Source: Callorhinchus milii (lineage: Eukaryota). From it: DNA of 52,267 nt. Positions within the stretch are counted from its first letter, which is position 1. The number at the start of each line of letters is the position of its first letter. A model generated the notes under the pieces. It had not been told where the DNA came from. It did not search any database and saw only the letters and a program-made list of their open reading frames with translations. This document shows positions 25,101 through 40,290 of the stretch, piece by piece. Made by a program: the position numbers and the translations under genes. The stretch is from the NCBI RefSeq assembly GCF_018977255.1, contig NW_024705352.1, positions 1 to 52,267 on the forward strand, in the 5' to 3' direction.

Positions 25101-28100
25101 ACCCTTTCAGACCGAGTTCCCACTAGGGCGAGAATGTCGCATGCCCTATTATCGAACCGTGGGTATCCACAAGTAACGCAGGTCAGCATAACGTGCAGAC
25201 CCCATCTATGCCCACACTGAGCAGGGATGTATAGGTATCGATCCATATGCACGTCTTGCATGAATTCCAACTAATCTATTGAGTACGAGGAAACACAAAC
25301 CTACCATAAAGTGGAAGTCTTCAGGAATGCTCATGTGTCTGACAGCTAGGTGGCCGGCTATCATCACTCGGATACCTGCGACCGATACCGACAAGATCCC
25401 CGATCCGTGGTGCTTGGTAATTGAAGCCTCAGACGGACGGCATAGTCTAGTCGAACTGTAAGTTAAGACCCACTACGATTGCCATAATCCTTTCTGAGCC
25501 ACACGAATCATACTTACACCCACTAGCCTTTCCGTCGTGCACGAGGACACCTGGTCTAAGCTGGTCCGCGCATCCGATATGAGGTAAGGCTATCGTTAAA
25601 GTGAGGGCCTCTGTGTTCAGACTTAAATGCCACAGAAACTTTCATCAAGGGTACAACGTTCCCAGCATGGGAACCCCTTGGTAACAAGGCCTGAAATGGA
25701 TATAAGATCGATACGCTTCCGCCAACTACGCTCTCTTCCGCTATAAATTGCATACTTGCAGTATCTTCTTTGGTGCGCGCCATTAAGACGTCAGGTACGA
25801 GGAGTTTCGTAGTGAGATTCAGTGTAACACGCGATCAGAGAAAAATTCGAGTCCACCGTTTCTCTGATACAGGATAAGGTGGCAAACGCGTACCATGCAG
25901 GGCATACGTTTACTACAGCTTCGATTGCCCGATCGGTTGCACCTTATACTGCAAGAGTAGTGATAGTTGACTCTCCCAATGGGTTTGACAAGTGTTGATC
26001 GGATAGCATATTGCTGATGGTAGGGTTGTGTCTCCGGTATGTAGATTGCGTCATTAATCCATGGGGACATAGAAGACAGGCACCCGTAGGCGCGGATCTA
26101 CGATAATCGGGACGCATCATACTGTGTTCCGAACCGGCTATCACAACGAAAACGGTATCCTACGAGGATCCCTGTCCCTAATCACTTCATGACTAGACTC
26201 CTGTACCGAGAATAAGTCCATCAAAAGGCTTCTGTTATGGCAGGCTAGTGAGTTACGTTATATAGGCTTACACAATTTGAATACGCACAGGGTTGAAGGC
26301 ATATTCTGTAGAGAGATTTTGTATGACGTAAAACAGTTTGTATTAGATGCCCCAAACCCCGTCTTGCACCACCTTTATAGACACTGCTACATGGTCTTCA
26401 TGTGGCGGATAATTGCTTACGGGGAACTGTTGGTGTCTTTAGATAGTCGGGACCGTCTATGTGTAGACAAAATCTTCCACCGTAGGTAGGAGAGTCAGCG
26501 GCAAAACGGTTGACGCTCAAGTTTCGTTTGATCTCCTTCTCGTTATTAGTATTATTGCGGCCAATGGGGGCTATTCTAGCACATGACAACAGTACAGAGT
26601 CTAGGAAGATGTTTTACAGGGTCTACCTTTTTTCACCGGTTCGAATAGCAGCAGACGAAGTATTAGCCGTGGAGACGTGTCTTTCAAGAGCATGCACTCA
26701 TTGTAAGCTAAAAAGTGCAGCCGCCAACGAGTAAGGTGCCCTCGGTTTGTGCCACCATCGACATTAAGGCGTTATCCTCTTTACTCAGAGTTATTCAACC
26801 CATGCTTCAATGAACGCACACCTCGGCCCAGTCCCCCGGCAAGAAAACGTAGCAGTCCAATAGGATGGCAGCCTTCATCCGTAGGTGAGTCGATTCTAAC
26901 GCTGGCTTCAATAGCGGCGGAATGGTAACTGAACGAGAAAGATGTGCTGTTGAAGATTAGTCGTATCTTCGGAGTATAGACAGCAAACCATCAAAGACAG
27001 GAATCTTGCTATGCCGATGGCGTGTATTGCCCGTTGCGTCATTGAGAACGTATCAGCATTAAGTGTAGTCTCCGCATACAACACCGTAGGGGACGCGAAT
27101 AGGATCGCCGTGTGATACGACGGGTGAAGGACCATCGGTCCTTCCTTTAAAATACCTAGCGAATTGGAAGAAGTGTACGCGGCGTTGCTTATACCCCTGG
27201 CGACACCCCGTCAGAGGTCGCGGCTCAGGACATAAACTCAGTCCGATCCAAAGTGGATCACAAGGGCAGCCAAATTAATACGGGGATGGTCACAGAAATG
27301 GGGTCACAATATCACGTGATACCAGATCGCATCTTGCATTACCGTGGAGTGTGTAATGATCCGACCAGCGATATGGTAGTTTTTTCGCAAGTAGCGAAAA
27401 TCACCATCGTACACGCACACCCGGCCCAGGAATAGGCTAAGCGGTGCAGTACATGCTTGCGTATGTCGACGATCAAAGGTCGACTAGGGCGGGATCTAAC
27501 CACGTTCACTTTGAGGGATACTGCGGATTGTTAATTGCGTACAGTCGGCGGTGGTTAAGCGCTGTGTGGCGGGCGCAACGTACGTACCCAAATCTGACTT
27601 TCCCATCAGGAAAGCGAGTTTCTGACAAACATTTGACGGGATCTGCCTACGTCCCCCTATTATGGTTGTATCCGCATCAGGATGATTATGTATAGGAACT
27701 AGAGCCTTGAGGAGGCTTAAAACTGCACTGTCTAGGCTGAGCTCACACTACCGAGTGCCGCCTGGCAACTGTGAAAAGCTAATTGGCAATGATCCACTAT
27801 TTGATAATCAGTTGACATAGGAGAACTTCTATTCAGCTCGTGAGGGCTTCAGCACATAACTGGAAGAGGCGTCACGCGGTTTGACCTACGGCGGCTTAAG
27901 ACGCAGCTTGGAACTGTGAAGAGTACGAGACCGTAATATACTCTTGTCCCGAGATGCCTCCACCGCACGTTGACAACTTGTATCCCAACATCGTCAAATT
28001 TGCCTATCGGGTTTCAAACTCAAACTGAGATGGGGTGTCGATCGTCACCCACGGCAGCCTTCTGTCCGGAACCATCGCCCGACCTTTCGTGGTTAAGGAG

Positions 28101-31100
28101 CCCCGACATATAAGTCAAGTTCATAAACATAGCGGTCCGGCCTCTATATTTAGCTTGTCCCATACGGTCCCGATATAATCGGTGACCCAAGTTATATGCT
28201 TAACGCGGTCAGACAACGGCTCAAGCGACGGTGTATGGGCGATGTGGTTATGTCGAGGTATTAACGGAGTGTCGAGCGTCTTCGTGTCACTGGGTCCTTC
28301 TTCGAGGGGGGACACTCAGTACCTGTTAAGTAGGTAGATGTGATGAGGCTACTATTCGCGCAGGAGATACGCGACGGGAGAAGGAGAGATACTAATATCT
28401 AAGCCATATGGGAGGATGGGTACACTATCCGAGAGGGTAGTTAGGTACAGCCTAGAGATGGATGACTAACAAATACTGCGGGTAACTATGCAAAGCCGCT
28501 GTGCCGAGTTCAACGCCTAGTTGGCCACAATAGTTGTTCGACCTACGTTGCCGCAGGTTCCGCCCGAAGTTTAAGACAAAGTGAGCGTTAAAGCACGGAA
28601 CCATCTGGCTAGGTGGGTCGGCATACGCGAGCCTTGCGTAACGACGAATTATTGGCCGTTTTATAACACGATCGATGATAGACCTGGGGCAAGTGAACGA
28701 ATGCGATGAATCTTGCAAGACGCGAAAGTGCTCGGTACGAGCACTTGGTATTAGGCACATGTAGTAAAATACCAAACATCCCACGCTAGTCGGTGTCCAT
28801 TAGTTTGCTGACCCATGGATGCAATGATTGGAGGCCACGATTGTACAAAGGAATGTCCAATTATGCGGGCGTCGGAGAAACTGCCCGCAGAAATCTGTTT
28901 TAGCGTCAGATAAGATATCGCGCCTTCGTCACTCATTTTGCCTTATTCTAGGCCGCGTGTACCGTTTTCCCAGCAAACTGACCTATGCCATGTTCTAACC
29001 AGCCATTCTTTAGTAACTCGTGACTATGACATTGTGCCGGTTTAAGGGAGTATTCACCACACCACTTCAGGCAAAGCAGATCACAGCATTCTAAACCATA
29101 TGTGGGGACTGCGAGGTCTGTACTCTGAAAGCTAGGGAGAATTCTAATAAGCTAGCGAGTAGTTATGTTTAGTAGGCGTTAACTTAGGCCGAGCCTGTCG
29201 TGTGGGGGTAACAATTGAGATGTGTTTGAATTAAGGGAAACAAGGTTGTGGTCGCCACTTTACAACTTATGAATAATGTATGATGAATCCTAGTAGCTAC
29301 ACCATGTCGACTGGAATCACTTTAGCTACGATGCCGCTCACCTTCCTATTTAAGGTATGAGTATTTATCGAGAAATTTATGGGGGATACCAGGTGCGATG
29401 AAGCTTCAAGAGGAGATGAGTATTAACGCCCGGAAGTACCAACAGTAACGTTCGTAGCCTGATTTCGCCAGACCTAGGACTCTCGGTACGGATGTGGCGC
29501 GAAGAAGAACGAAGTAAGGCTTTGTCATAGAGCAGTAGGGTTCACGAGAAGACCAACTGTAGATATAGGCTGCAAGTACTCGATACTTCCATACGCTGAA
29601 CTGCGGTGCGGAAACATTCAGGGTTGATTCTCTCAAGTTCAAGCGAGGGTGTATTCATTACAGGCGTATAACCCGGCGGTGGTGCATCCCTGTCAGCTCT
29701 GTACCGTCAATTGCGCGAACGAAGTAACTTGTAATGGCCTGCCGGGATGACAAACCTACCCGCGTTGGAATTGTTGTGCGAAAAATGTCAAGGTGGTAGT
29801 CTTCCCACTATCCGGACAAGCCCGTTTGATAGACATCGATGTCCTGTAACGTACCGCACATTAGGCGAGATGCGACAGAGGTCAGTGACCGTTTGTTTGT
29901 AGAGCGCACTCCGTGGGTGACCATTAGGCTTAGAAATTACGACAATGCGGTGTTCTATTATCTTGCCGGCACGGGATGCTCAATCGCCCGAAGGAACGTT
30001 AAGCGCCAGGGTATGTACAGGGAAGTTATAACGTGAGCGCGTCGCCTCATCAACCGGCAGAAGAGTGGATACCATGCCAAATTCAACGCAGAACCAGCGC
30101 TACTAGCGCCGCAAGAGTATCCGACTGGTGGAAAACTGGAATGGCGTATCCAAGATTATCGAAGAGAGCAGCCGCGGCCCACTGTCAAGACATGCTGAAG
30201 ACTCATAAAAGCTACAGGGCTGATGTCTTAAGACGGTATTCGAAATGAGACATGGGAACCCGTCTGAAACTTGTTCAGTAGCTTTACCGGAAGGAGGGAA
30301 CGCACTCCTTGAGTCATGTACGATTCAGAAACGAGCTTTGCTTGGTTTGGTTAACGCGGACCAGCATGAGTTGAAAAAGAAACGGCCGCCTCCAACTCTC
30401 TGTTATCGGTTTCCACGGGCGCTCCGCGACACATGCTAAAGCTGTTTAACTCTAACTGACCATCTCCCTGGTCATAAGAATAGATGAAGTTCTGAAGTTG
30501 CCCCCTCTGTACATGTCAGTAGATGAGCGTTGCTACATTCGAGAACACGCCCCTCCTACGTGAGCGTGAACGGTCGTGCTTGTAGCCTAGTCCGGATACG
30601 TAAACTCACCCGAAGTTCTCCGAGCTCGACAATACAGTTCGTGAATATGGTCTTTGCGAGGCGTCACGTATCTCCTCTGGCAGACACCTCACCCTACAAT
30701 TGCACCAGAAACAGGTAGGAACCGATTGTTCTCACCGTTGTCATCTTACATGTTTGCAAGCCTATTTATTCGTTTTCTTTTGCGCTCTGGGTTGGGTAAA
30801 TCGATGGGTCGAACACGGGATACACATCAGACCCCCCGTCGCTATAAAAATGCTCGCTAGTCCATGAATCCAGGCCGCCGGTGTAACGATGGTCTGTGAC
30901 TTCGTAATGATGGGACGCGAGACTTCGACGCATTCCACGTTCTAACTGTCCACAAAGCAGATTATGAATTAGGACACAATGGCTAGACCGCGTCGCACAA
31001 ATGCCTCTGGATTTCCGGCAGATTGACCCTGGTAAACTGAATTTACGTCGCTAGTTCTTTCGGTGCGTAGCTAACAGCAGTCACGTTGCAGTCGTGACTG

Positions 31101-34100
31101 GTACTACTAATGTACTTCCAAATCGAAGATTTTGGATGAACCTAGTCCTGGGCTCTAGCAACATCTTTGCAAACAGACAGTTGGAGCACTGTTTCGTTGC
31201 TAAATCCGACCTGTGGTCCTCCCGGTGATAAGTCGTAGTCTGGTATCTATCCCACAGTAACTACTGTGACGACGGCTCTACACAAGGCATAGGATCAGTT
31301 GCACTGTCTCCCTACGACCAAAGCACATCAGGGGCTCGCCCGAAACGCAAGCGGCGTAACTTCTTACCAACGAATAAATCAAGAAAGCCCGTTGGACGAT
31401 TGATCGACAAAAGTGTTATCTGTGGTAACGAGTTGCTATTCTGTAGTGTAGAGAGAACGAAAAGGAACCCAAGTAGCCCAACTGCTTATGTAAATATCCT
31501 CGTATTACGGATATGAAATATTCGTTCTCGGTTTTACACAAATAGGAGGCAAAAATAGTGGCATTACCAAGTGAAGTATCTTCCGACGAAGTCGCCTCCA
31601 ATTAGAGAGGCTATAGACCGGGCATTCCAGGGTACGAACGAGACGTGCAAGTAAAATAATAAAGTTAGGTCCGTCTCATCATGCAATCTGACCAAACTAT
31701 GGCTGTGGACGTCTCCTGAATGTTTAGTTCGTGCGACCGTGTTATGCACAGCGGCTGGTGGTTCGAACAGTGAGAATCTAGGTATCCACTCAAGGTCGCT
31801 ATAAGTTCCGCATGAAGCCGTACGTTTCCCATCTGTCACGAGATACGTTAACCGAATAGACTGACAGACAATAGCTTGGCTATGTATTTGCGTAGGACTT
31901 TGTTTCTATAGAATAGCGTCCAGCGAAATGCCTAGGGACGCTACTAAGCTGCTTCACTCTCAGGCTGTACGTGGGGTATTACCTTAAAAAGATAGGCAAG
32001 TGAAACATGGGAATTAGCGCACTGTGTCACTATATCTCCGAAAAGATGTGATTTCTTGCGTGCTTGAACCGTGCTATAGAAAGCCAGTTATCATCGAATA
32101 TCGAAAAGAGGGGGCGTCAATACCATTGGGCAGCACTGTTTATATTGAATCCTTTTTATCTTAGTCGGGGCCAGACAATTAACCTCAGACAGCCAGTACC
32201 AGCCTCCCGTGTAAGCTGTGCGTTACCTTCTGACTTCGTGTGACGATTCCGTCTGATTATTTCGCTGAGGAAGCAAACGGGTAGAGAGGACAAATGGGAC
32301 TAGCCGACCTTGGGTCATGGGTTCTTTCTGCTTCGTAGTGTAGCTGTAGACATGGGCCATCGAACACAGTAATCAGGTAATGAGATAGTAGGCGTGACAG
32401 CTTAATTGGCCTATTTTACCCCTATTACAGGTATGTGATCACTTGCTGGAGAGCGGTCCCATGAATGTGCGACCAAATGTTTAAACCACGTGTGTAGAGG
32501 GCGTCCTGGCTCACTTGTCGTCCTAATCATGGCCAGGTCCGTAACTCAGTCGTCATCTGCACGATTAGCTGAGGCACCAAATGATGATAGTTATACCGAG
32601 GGGATGTCTGTAGACGATGAGCATCAAGTCATGTGGCCGTATGAAGTTTGTTAGTTGCGCGAGGAGTTGTTGGGAGAGATCGTGTCTCTCCGGCAGGTTT
32701 GGACTAAATAACACCGTTCCCTGCACTTGTCCATGAAACACGCCTGAGTACTCCAGCACGCCTTCGATACGGCGTACTGAAAACAGAAGAATTGCAGCTG
32801 GAAGTCGGAGGAATCTACCGGGTCTGTCTGTTCGACTTGTACCTCCTGAACAGGGGTCGCGTATTTGGCCCTCCACGACCATTAGCTTTCCCGATCGCAG
32901 CTGTCGTGTAAATGTCTCTAGTACTGGATAGGACTCGTCAGGCGTATGATAACGGCACGGCGCGCCCATTGTACTATGTCATGTTCCTTACCCTCGCCAT
33001 GGTGACCTCAGGGAAAAAACCAAACAGATGAAAGCCACTTCATCCAAGCAGGTGCAATCAGAATCCGCAGCGTGCCACTTACAAGTAAACCAGACCAGAG
33101 CTCAAATGCACCAAAGCCATCAGAGTTCCGAGTGGTCCCACCACTGACGGTTAAAATGGAATATCTCTTGAGGAATCACTTGTGAAACTTCTACCTAATT
33201 CCTTGCCACGGCTAAGCACTGGTAGCCCTAAGAGACCATACTTAGGATCTCAAATCACAGACGGCCGTGGCTAGGGATTCTGTCATGCTGTCGTACCGGA
33301 AATAGTCGCGACGGGCTAGTCTAGACCTTCGAACATGCATGGGTGTTTCTCAGGTTGGGCTTTGCGTTATCGTGAAGTCTCTGTTGGTGCATCAGAAAAG
33401 AGTCGACTATGTGCGACGGGTGCGGGCGGCTTGTTTAGGGGGTGACTTATTCGTGTCTCGATAGTATCCATACCACATTTACCTGTGCCCCAGAGATTAT
33501 ATATGGACTCGGATCCAATCTGACTAGGTGTTGTGAGGATTATCAGCATCAACGCGTTGCTGTACTTGTCGGCCACGGACATCGGTGTTTCTCATGTCTA
33601 GTTGAGAATCGTAAGGTCTGAGTCGTAGGATAATTGGCTGCTTGGCCCCTAGATAGGGGGTGCCAACACGACATCCGGCCCAAAGGGTGGGGGAGTCGGA
33701 CACGACTGTGTAGGTCGAATATAGCGCTCCCGACTCCTGCAACTTCTTCTTCTGGACTAGTCCAATCACCATGCCAACCTGAGCGGTTGGGATAAGGTTG
33801 ATCGGTACCTGTTGCCGACAACAGGCCTATACCGAGCCACTGGTGGTTGGAGATAGTTGCGTTGCAACTAGGCGCACGACCGCGCTAGGGCGGATGGGTA
33901 CGAAGCATGGGCGCACAGACGACAGTGGTCGGCGGCACTCGTGTAGGAGCGATGCGACATATCGCCCGGATTACTAGTCGTTCACGCCTGTTGAGCAGTG
34001 TAGAATTAAAGAAAACTGTATACCCCCGCGCCTGTCCTACGCGATGAAGCGACGCATCTGTGTCAGGTAACAGGGGCCGACCATGTAGGGCTTTTAGTGC

Positions 34101-37100
34101 GCGACGGAACGCTACCACTATGTATTTAGCATCATAAATTGCGTGTAAAGTTCTGTTGAAGCCTTTTTTGTCAATACAACACGTGTAGCCGCACTTACTG
34201 CGTTCTGTGAGACGCGAGCGTCTTGAATAAATGCCATTGGTCCTGCTTGCTGAGCCTGAGGCAAAACCGTGAGTGAATCTTAAAACCTGTTTTCGAACAC
34301 TGTTAATTTGCAATATAACCAAAGGTTAACAGAAGCCTCGATTGGTCAGTTTCTGAGTGGACCTAACCGACTATTGCTTGCACATTAGGCGTGGCAGATA
34401 GATCAGGAATTCTGTTCTTCGCATTTAAGTCCGCTAAATATCTATCCAGTACACGGTCAGAGTTAGTGCCCTGCTGGTACATTGGGCCCTAGTCGAAGCG
34501 GTCGTCTCCTGTGTAAGAAACGTCGCGGGCTACTAAAAAATGCTTTCGGCGACGGTTGTCACAATCCCCCAATGAGACCATCACGGGCAGGTCATAGGAT
34601 CAATACGCCGATGTCGCAATGATACTCACCCCCTAGGAGCAAAAGCTAAGTTTGGGGTACCATCTTGCTCCGGCAGTGTTGCTGGTCGATCGGGCACCTC
34701 CTAGTTAGAATTCTGTCTAGCGCGCAGCACTTCCGAGCCGCAAATCCTATGGGGCCGCCGCATATGTCCGTTCCACCAAAGCAAACTCCACATGCTCCCT
34801 CTGGTTCGTGCGCAACCGGGAGAATCAGCATGTACACGCACGCTGTCAGACTCACCCAGCCTACTAGATTCTTGGTAGATATCCGAACGCAAGCTCTAAG
34901 GGGTTGGGTAGCTTTCACAATGAATAGCTGACGAGCTCGTCCGAAGTCTCATTCTGGAATCACGCGATTGAACTGCTAATTTTCTGTGCTCAGTATGAGG
35001 GTATATGGCCCAACCGAGGGGCTTAAAGGCAATTGGACTAGCTGAGGGGGTGCTGGACAACGGATCCTTTCATCCCGTACCATCGGCTAAACGGAAGCAG
35101 CTGGTAACCTATTCCGAGGTTCAGTGGGCTAAGTGCCAAACCTGGGATCGTATTCTTGGGCCAGAGGCGGGGCGCACCCGCCATATACTGCTAGAACGAA
35201 GGGTGCAGGTCGGCCGGAAGTAATGGAGTGACACCAGCTGTGCGGCGGTCTGGAAACTCTGTCAATCCCGTTTCTCTTCATTACGGTCCTATCCATTAAT
35301 ACCATTTATCTCTGGCGATATTCGTAATACTGTCCTAAGCTACCGGCAACGTTTAGGGGACAAAGAACGGATCCATTGAAATTAACAAATACATCCAACT
35401 CGACCGTAGTAATTATTGTAGACCCCCGACATGAGTAGCGCGACTTGCTCGAACTGTCCGCCACTGGGAGGTATGTCGGAACAGGATACATTTTAACAAA
35501 AACAGCTGCAACCGTCAGAGCCGTGGCTAAGACAATCCGAAGCTGAGTATAATTATTGGAGTGTCAGATCGTAGAACTTGAGGGTGACTGAAATTCCTGA
35601 GTTTGTCGGTAGCCATTTTTCATCATATACACCTGAGATTATCCATGACACAACATATGATAGGCAATCGAGGTAGGGACCCCCAGGCCGACGAACTTTC
35701 TTACAATACTCGGCCCATAGCGGTCCGGCCGTATGATACATGATTCCGGCTAGTTCTTATCCCCGCCCGGCACCTATCGGGGGTGCTGGGAACATCCGTA
35801 CGATGCTGGAGTCCATAACCTTTAATCTTAATGCCTACTGGTCGGTTAATGCTGTATTGTGATGATTGTCGCCGAGTCGGAGGAACTCGCGTCGACAAAT
35901 CTTCGTCTACTACCATACTGGGCAGTAACTCTCTGCGAGGGGGGTTCCGCAATTCTCACATGTCGCGTGCTGGGCTGGGCAGGTCTGGGATGTGGCGTCC
36001 AGACGCCGTTCCAAGCCATTCTTGAGCAATTCGTCCTAGACGAGTGTGAGGTAACAAATCCCAGCAGGAGATAGAGGGAAGCTCCCGTGACTAAGTTTAA
36101 CTAGGGTGGACGGAGTGCCAAACTATCACGCATAAAGTCCTTACGTACAAGGGCTTAGGGCAAGTAACAGCATGGTAGTCTGAATTCGCCGAGTACAAGA
36201 GGCACGTAATATATCACCAGGCGCACAGCTGTTCCGTGCTCATCTAACTTGGTCAGGGATAAAGTCTCATAATCCCACTTCCATCGCCCAGAAGTGTCTT
36301 GGTTGTTGGTCGTGCGACTACATCAGTAGCGCAGTCGAGATAGGCCTAGGCAGGTTGGACGGTATTCATGCTGATTGGCTTGAGTGAAGTGCCTCCATAC
36401 ATAAAAAGCGTAGAGCAGGGAGTGGAAGGGAATGCATTCAGGCTATGATAAACTGAAGAGTCCCCTGATCCTTCTTATCTTGTAGCACCAAAAGCCGTAT
36501 TGGTCACGTAATTGTTAATAATTCTGTCAGCTCCACGTTTGTCCCTCGGGACGGAAGAGGGAGAAAATAAGCCATGGGGTTCTTGACATGGTACCAGTAT
36601 AAGAATCCCGACACCCTAGGTCGATGACGAGAAAGCGCACCGGGTCATATCACTGGTCACCTCACCTTAAGCGATAGTTCAGATAATGCATATAGTATCT
36701 CGCAAATCGCGAGGTACTGCTGGTGGCTCATTAATCTATGAAGAAAGAGCTGCAAATAGATTTTGGCTGGCGTTACCTACGCGCCCGCATCGGCGTGGCG
36801 TTCAATCATTCCGGAGTCGTCGTGCCCGCTGACCGGTAGGACGGTCTTATTAATAGTAGATATGCGAAAACCGGCATTTGTATAAGGTCATACGGTAACG
36901 TGCCCAGAAATTGCCCTAGGTTTGTCGCTTGCCTCCCCTACAATCAATGACTGAATGTAGATATCAATGGATCACGCGTAGAACGGCATACTAGTTCTGG
37001 CGTCGGGCACAAAGCTTACTGGGCGCCGGATACGTGTAGGATGCGGCCTTACACCGATCAAGACTCCCGACTAGGGATCCGTGAACGCTAAAAGCGTCGG

Positions 37101-38880
37101 TCAGAGGAACCAGTTGCGAACTGGAACACTACTCTCCGTCCAATGTTGTGAGTATTGGATCTCCTACCAATTCATGAACGGTCGGAGACCCCTTGGCCCC
37201 CTGGGTAGAGTTAGGCTGTGACGAATACGATTGAGCTCACCGGCTGCCTTCCGCTTGAGTAAGGGGATTAGAGCTTGTTGGGTCGATTTGGCATCGCATT
37301 TCCTGGCCAAGCTATCCAGAATTGGCTCAACACGACCCAATTATCGAATGTCGAAAGTATTTCTACACTGGATGGTGTACTGAGGTTCCCCTGAGCGAAG
37401 CTCTTGTTGTGTAAGCATTATAGCAGCCTGCTAAGAGCTTATGGGTCGTTTGTCTTGGAGCGATTTGTGCCATCAGTGGATTTACATTATCTATTACGTG
37501 CGTTCGGAGCCACTCCCTAGATTCACAACAACCATATATCACAGACACGACCAAGCGACGTGGGAACGGGTAGCTGGAGATGATGATACCAGAGCGGCTA
37601 GGACTTCTTTCCGTTAAAATCACCCATAAAGTACATATTACCGGCTAAAGTATTCTACGGGAAATACGTGTGAATGATATTACTCGGCTGGCTGGGTGTC
37701 ACCCGCCAACCAAGCCAGGTGTGCCGTTCCTTCATGTGCGTCAGGTGGCGGAGTCTCATAGAGGGTAACAATCTTTCCTTCCAGCGGATAGGACACGGGC
37801 TGCAAAGATTAACATGCCCCTGGGACGTTGCAAGGTCCGCCGACTGACTCACCTCCATCGTGCCTGCATGATGAAATTTGAGAATAAATTTTTCGGCGAA
37901 CCCTAGAGTCGCACGAATAATAGTCGCAACTAGAAGTTAGAACATATACTTGTGATATATTGCGGCTCTTTGGGTTACAAGTACGCTGTACAGGAGAGGC
38001 TCTAAAGCATTCCATCATTTAACCTCCCGTCTAAATTAAAGGTAGAGCCGACCGCGCTGGTATACCGTGGGCACGGAAAACAAAAGGCAGCGGCAGGCCA
38101 GGGCTACGTTACATGCGAATGCGAAGGATTAAACCCTTGTGGCGGTTTACCACAACGAGAGAACTGTAAAGTGCGATAAGATGGCTTTAAACTAGTAGGT
38201 TTGAGACCCTTGGTACCGACGAGCCGAGCCTTACCCAGTCATGACACTGGCTTTGACTAATAGGGTTATTTGTGGCAAGGATGGGTAGTGCGTGAGATTG
38301 AGTCACGTTGCAATAGTTGTATCCCAGAAAGGTATTCTGGCGCACTACAGACGGTAGGATTTCACCCGGGTGAGTCCAAGTGGGTGTGACTCACTGCGGT
38401 CCCGAGAGCCGACATCTTTCTATGCTACAAGGCAAACAAAGATAAAGATGTGAATGCGTTTAATAGGGAGAGTCTCCAGACCTTCATCGCCAGTGTTGAA
38501 ATGGAAGCTGGGACTGGCCCAGGAGTGACTACTTCAAGGACTAAGTGGTAATGAGAGCTTCTAATAAAATGGGCGTAATTAGCTTACCGCAGACTCGATG
38601 CCCAGGCAGCAAGCGCGCGTCGTGTACTTACCTAAGTAAGGTTCAGTCCTGAGGCTTCAATAATGATAACTAAAGGTAGGACTCCTCTTGTAAAGTGTAT
38701 GGAAGTAATCCAAAAGTCGACACTAGTGGAAGGTGACTACGGTACAACGTCACGGATATGAGGCCAACTCCCTTGCTGCTAACATCTGGCGCCAGGGGCA
38801 CGGGCAATAGAGGCCAGATTGTCAAAAGAATCACTGGTGTATCATCATTCAAGTCTAACGCTACATCGCTAGGATCATGA
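16131..38880. other. Featureless, random-like block (probably shuffled/synthetic or artefactual); boundaries approximate
   Basis: Near-even base use, abundant CG and TA, no microsatellites or AT tracts, none of the flanking repeat families seen, longest ORF 145 aa with no recognisable motif. Confidence 0.8.
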
Positions 38881-39093
38881 ATTCAGCTGGTCATCTGTAC
38901 AAATTGTCAGCTTAACATATTTTTTTGTATTAGTAATTGCTCAGTCTATATGATAGCGTTTTCCATCCCGGGACCAACTATGCTTCTTGTTCTAAGCCAA
39001 CGGAAAAACATAATATTGCTCAAATGATCATGGGGCTGTGCTCATCTCCGTTTATGGCTCAGAGCCAATGATGCGAATTCCTCTTTCCTATAG

Positions 39094-39315
39094 TCATCAT
39101 CATCATTAGCTAACGTCGATCCACTACCGGATAATGTCTCCCCAACCCACCAGCACCTCCCATGATCCAGCGATTCATTAATCCACTTCGCACCTGCACA
39201 CACACTGATTTAATCACTCCGTCTCTTCGGTGAATGTTCTCTCACAAACATTCCGTTCTTTGGCTGCCACTCCATTATTACTCTTGACCATAGTCCATCA
39301 TCCCTTCCTGCCCAT
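39094..39315 (-). mobile_element. Decayed RTE-clade LINE 3' end
   Basis: Minus strand DDGLWSRVIMEWQP..AGAKW..; ends in (GAT)n tail. Confidence 0.65.
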
Positions 39316-39867
39316 CGTTCCTATGGTTGCTACCAGTTATTTTATCGGACAACTATTTGCCGAATTCTACCACAGTGGCAATCATTTCTAAACTCCAGAG
39401 GATTGAATGGCTGAGTTTATCCAAAACTTCCATTTGAATTCTAACCAATGTACCCTCCTAGCCATATTTCTTGATAGTTGGGTGATAAGTAAGCAAATTA
39501 ATAACATATTCATCAAACTGAAAATACGGAACATTTTCAATATTAATGTCTCGACGTTTGAGCTGACCGACCTTAAGAATAATTATTTGACCATATAAAC
39601 AACATTCTATGACATTAAATTCGACAATACTGCCACCAATGGAATAGCCAAGTGTTATTCATTTGATGTGTTGGGCATTGCCCTAGGACTCGTGCTGCAC
39701 TGAGCAAATTGTACAGAAAATAGGAGACATGATCGATATACATGTCATGGTGGAAAGGAATAAAAATAAACTGAGTTTTATATTGCTTTTCAGTCTGTGG
39801 CAGGACATGGGCCAAGCGCAAATATAATCTGGAGAGATGTTGCAATCAGTATGTGTGTGTAGGTGCT

Positions 39868-39947
39868 AGAGTAGAGATAGGTGGTGGTGACTTGGGGAGG
39901 CCTACGCCCAGCAATGTCTTCACCAAGGCTGATGATGAAGATGATAG
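39868..39947 (+). mobile_element. Short RTE-clade LINE 3' remnant
   Basis: ttggggaggcctacgcccagca (LGEAYAQQ) followed by gatgatgaagatgat tail. Confidence 0.5.
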
Positions 39948-40018
39948 ATGTTGAACTTCATTCATTCCTGAGTTTGTGCGGAAGGTGAGAGCAGTACGTT
40001 GTATTTAATCTGCATGTG

Positions 40019-40290
40019 TGTGTAGTGTGGAGGTTAGCACCCGACGCTACGAACCCGGCTACACACCAGTGGCAGTTATCTAAACCGGTCCCGGACCTTC
40101 CCTAGATCGACTCAGCCTCAAATGAGTACATGGTGTGATGTGTAAACATCGCCACTTGGGAGACAAAGGCGGCCGGGCGTGGTGTTGGCCACCCACTCCT
40201 CGTGTGCCGTATCGGTTTTCATAGGTGCTTGCTAACAGCACTTTCCTCAAAAAGTCTGTTAAGGCTATACGGGATCATTGCATTTATTGT
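40019..40290 (+). mobile_element. tRNA-derived SINE (family A)
   Basis: tagtgtggaggttagc head; gatcgactcagcctcaaatgagtac body; aaggctatacgggatcattg 3' end matches 12297-12586 reversed. Confidence 0.85.

Noticed and set aside
16168..38852. Dozens of 60-145 aa ORFs in the central block as a viral/bacterial gene cluster
   Set aside because: Short, overlapping on both strands, no motifs or operon-like packing; what random ~50% GC sequence would give.
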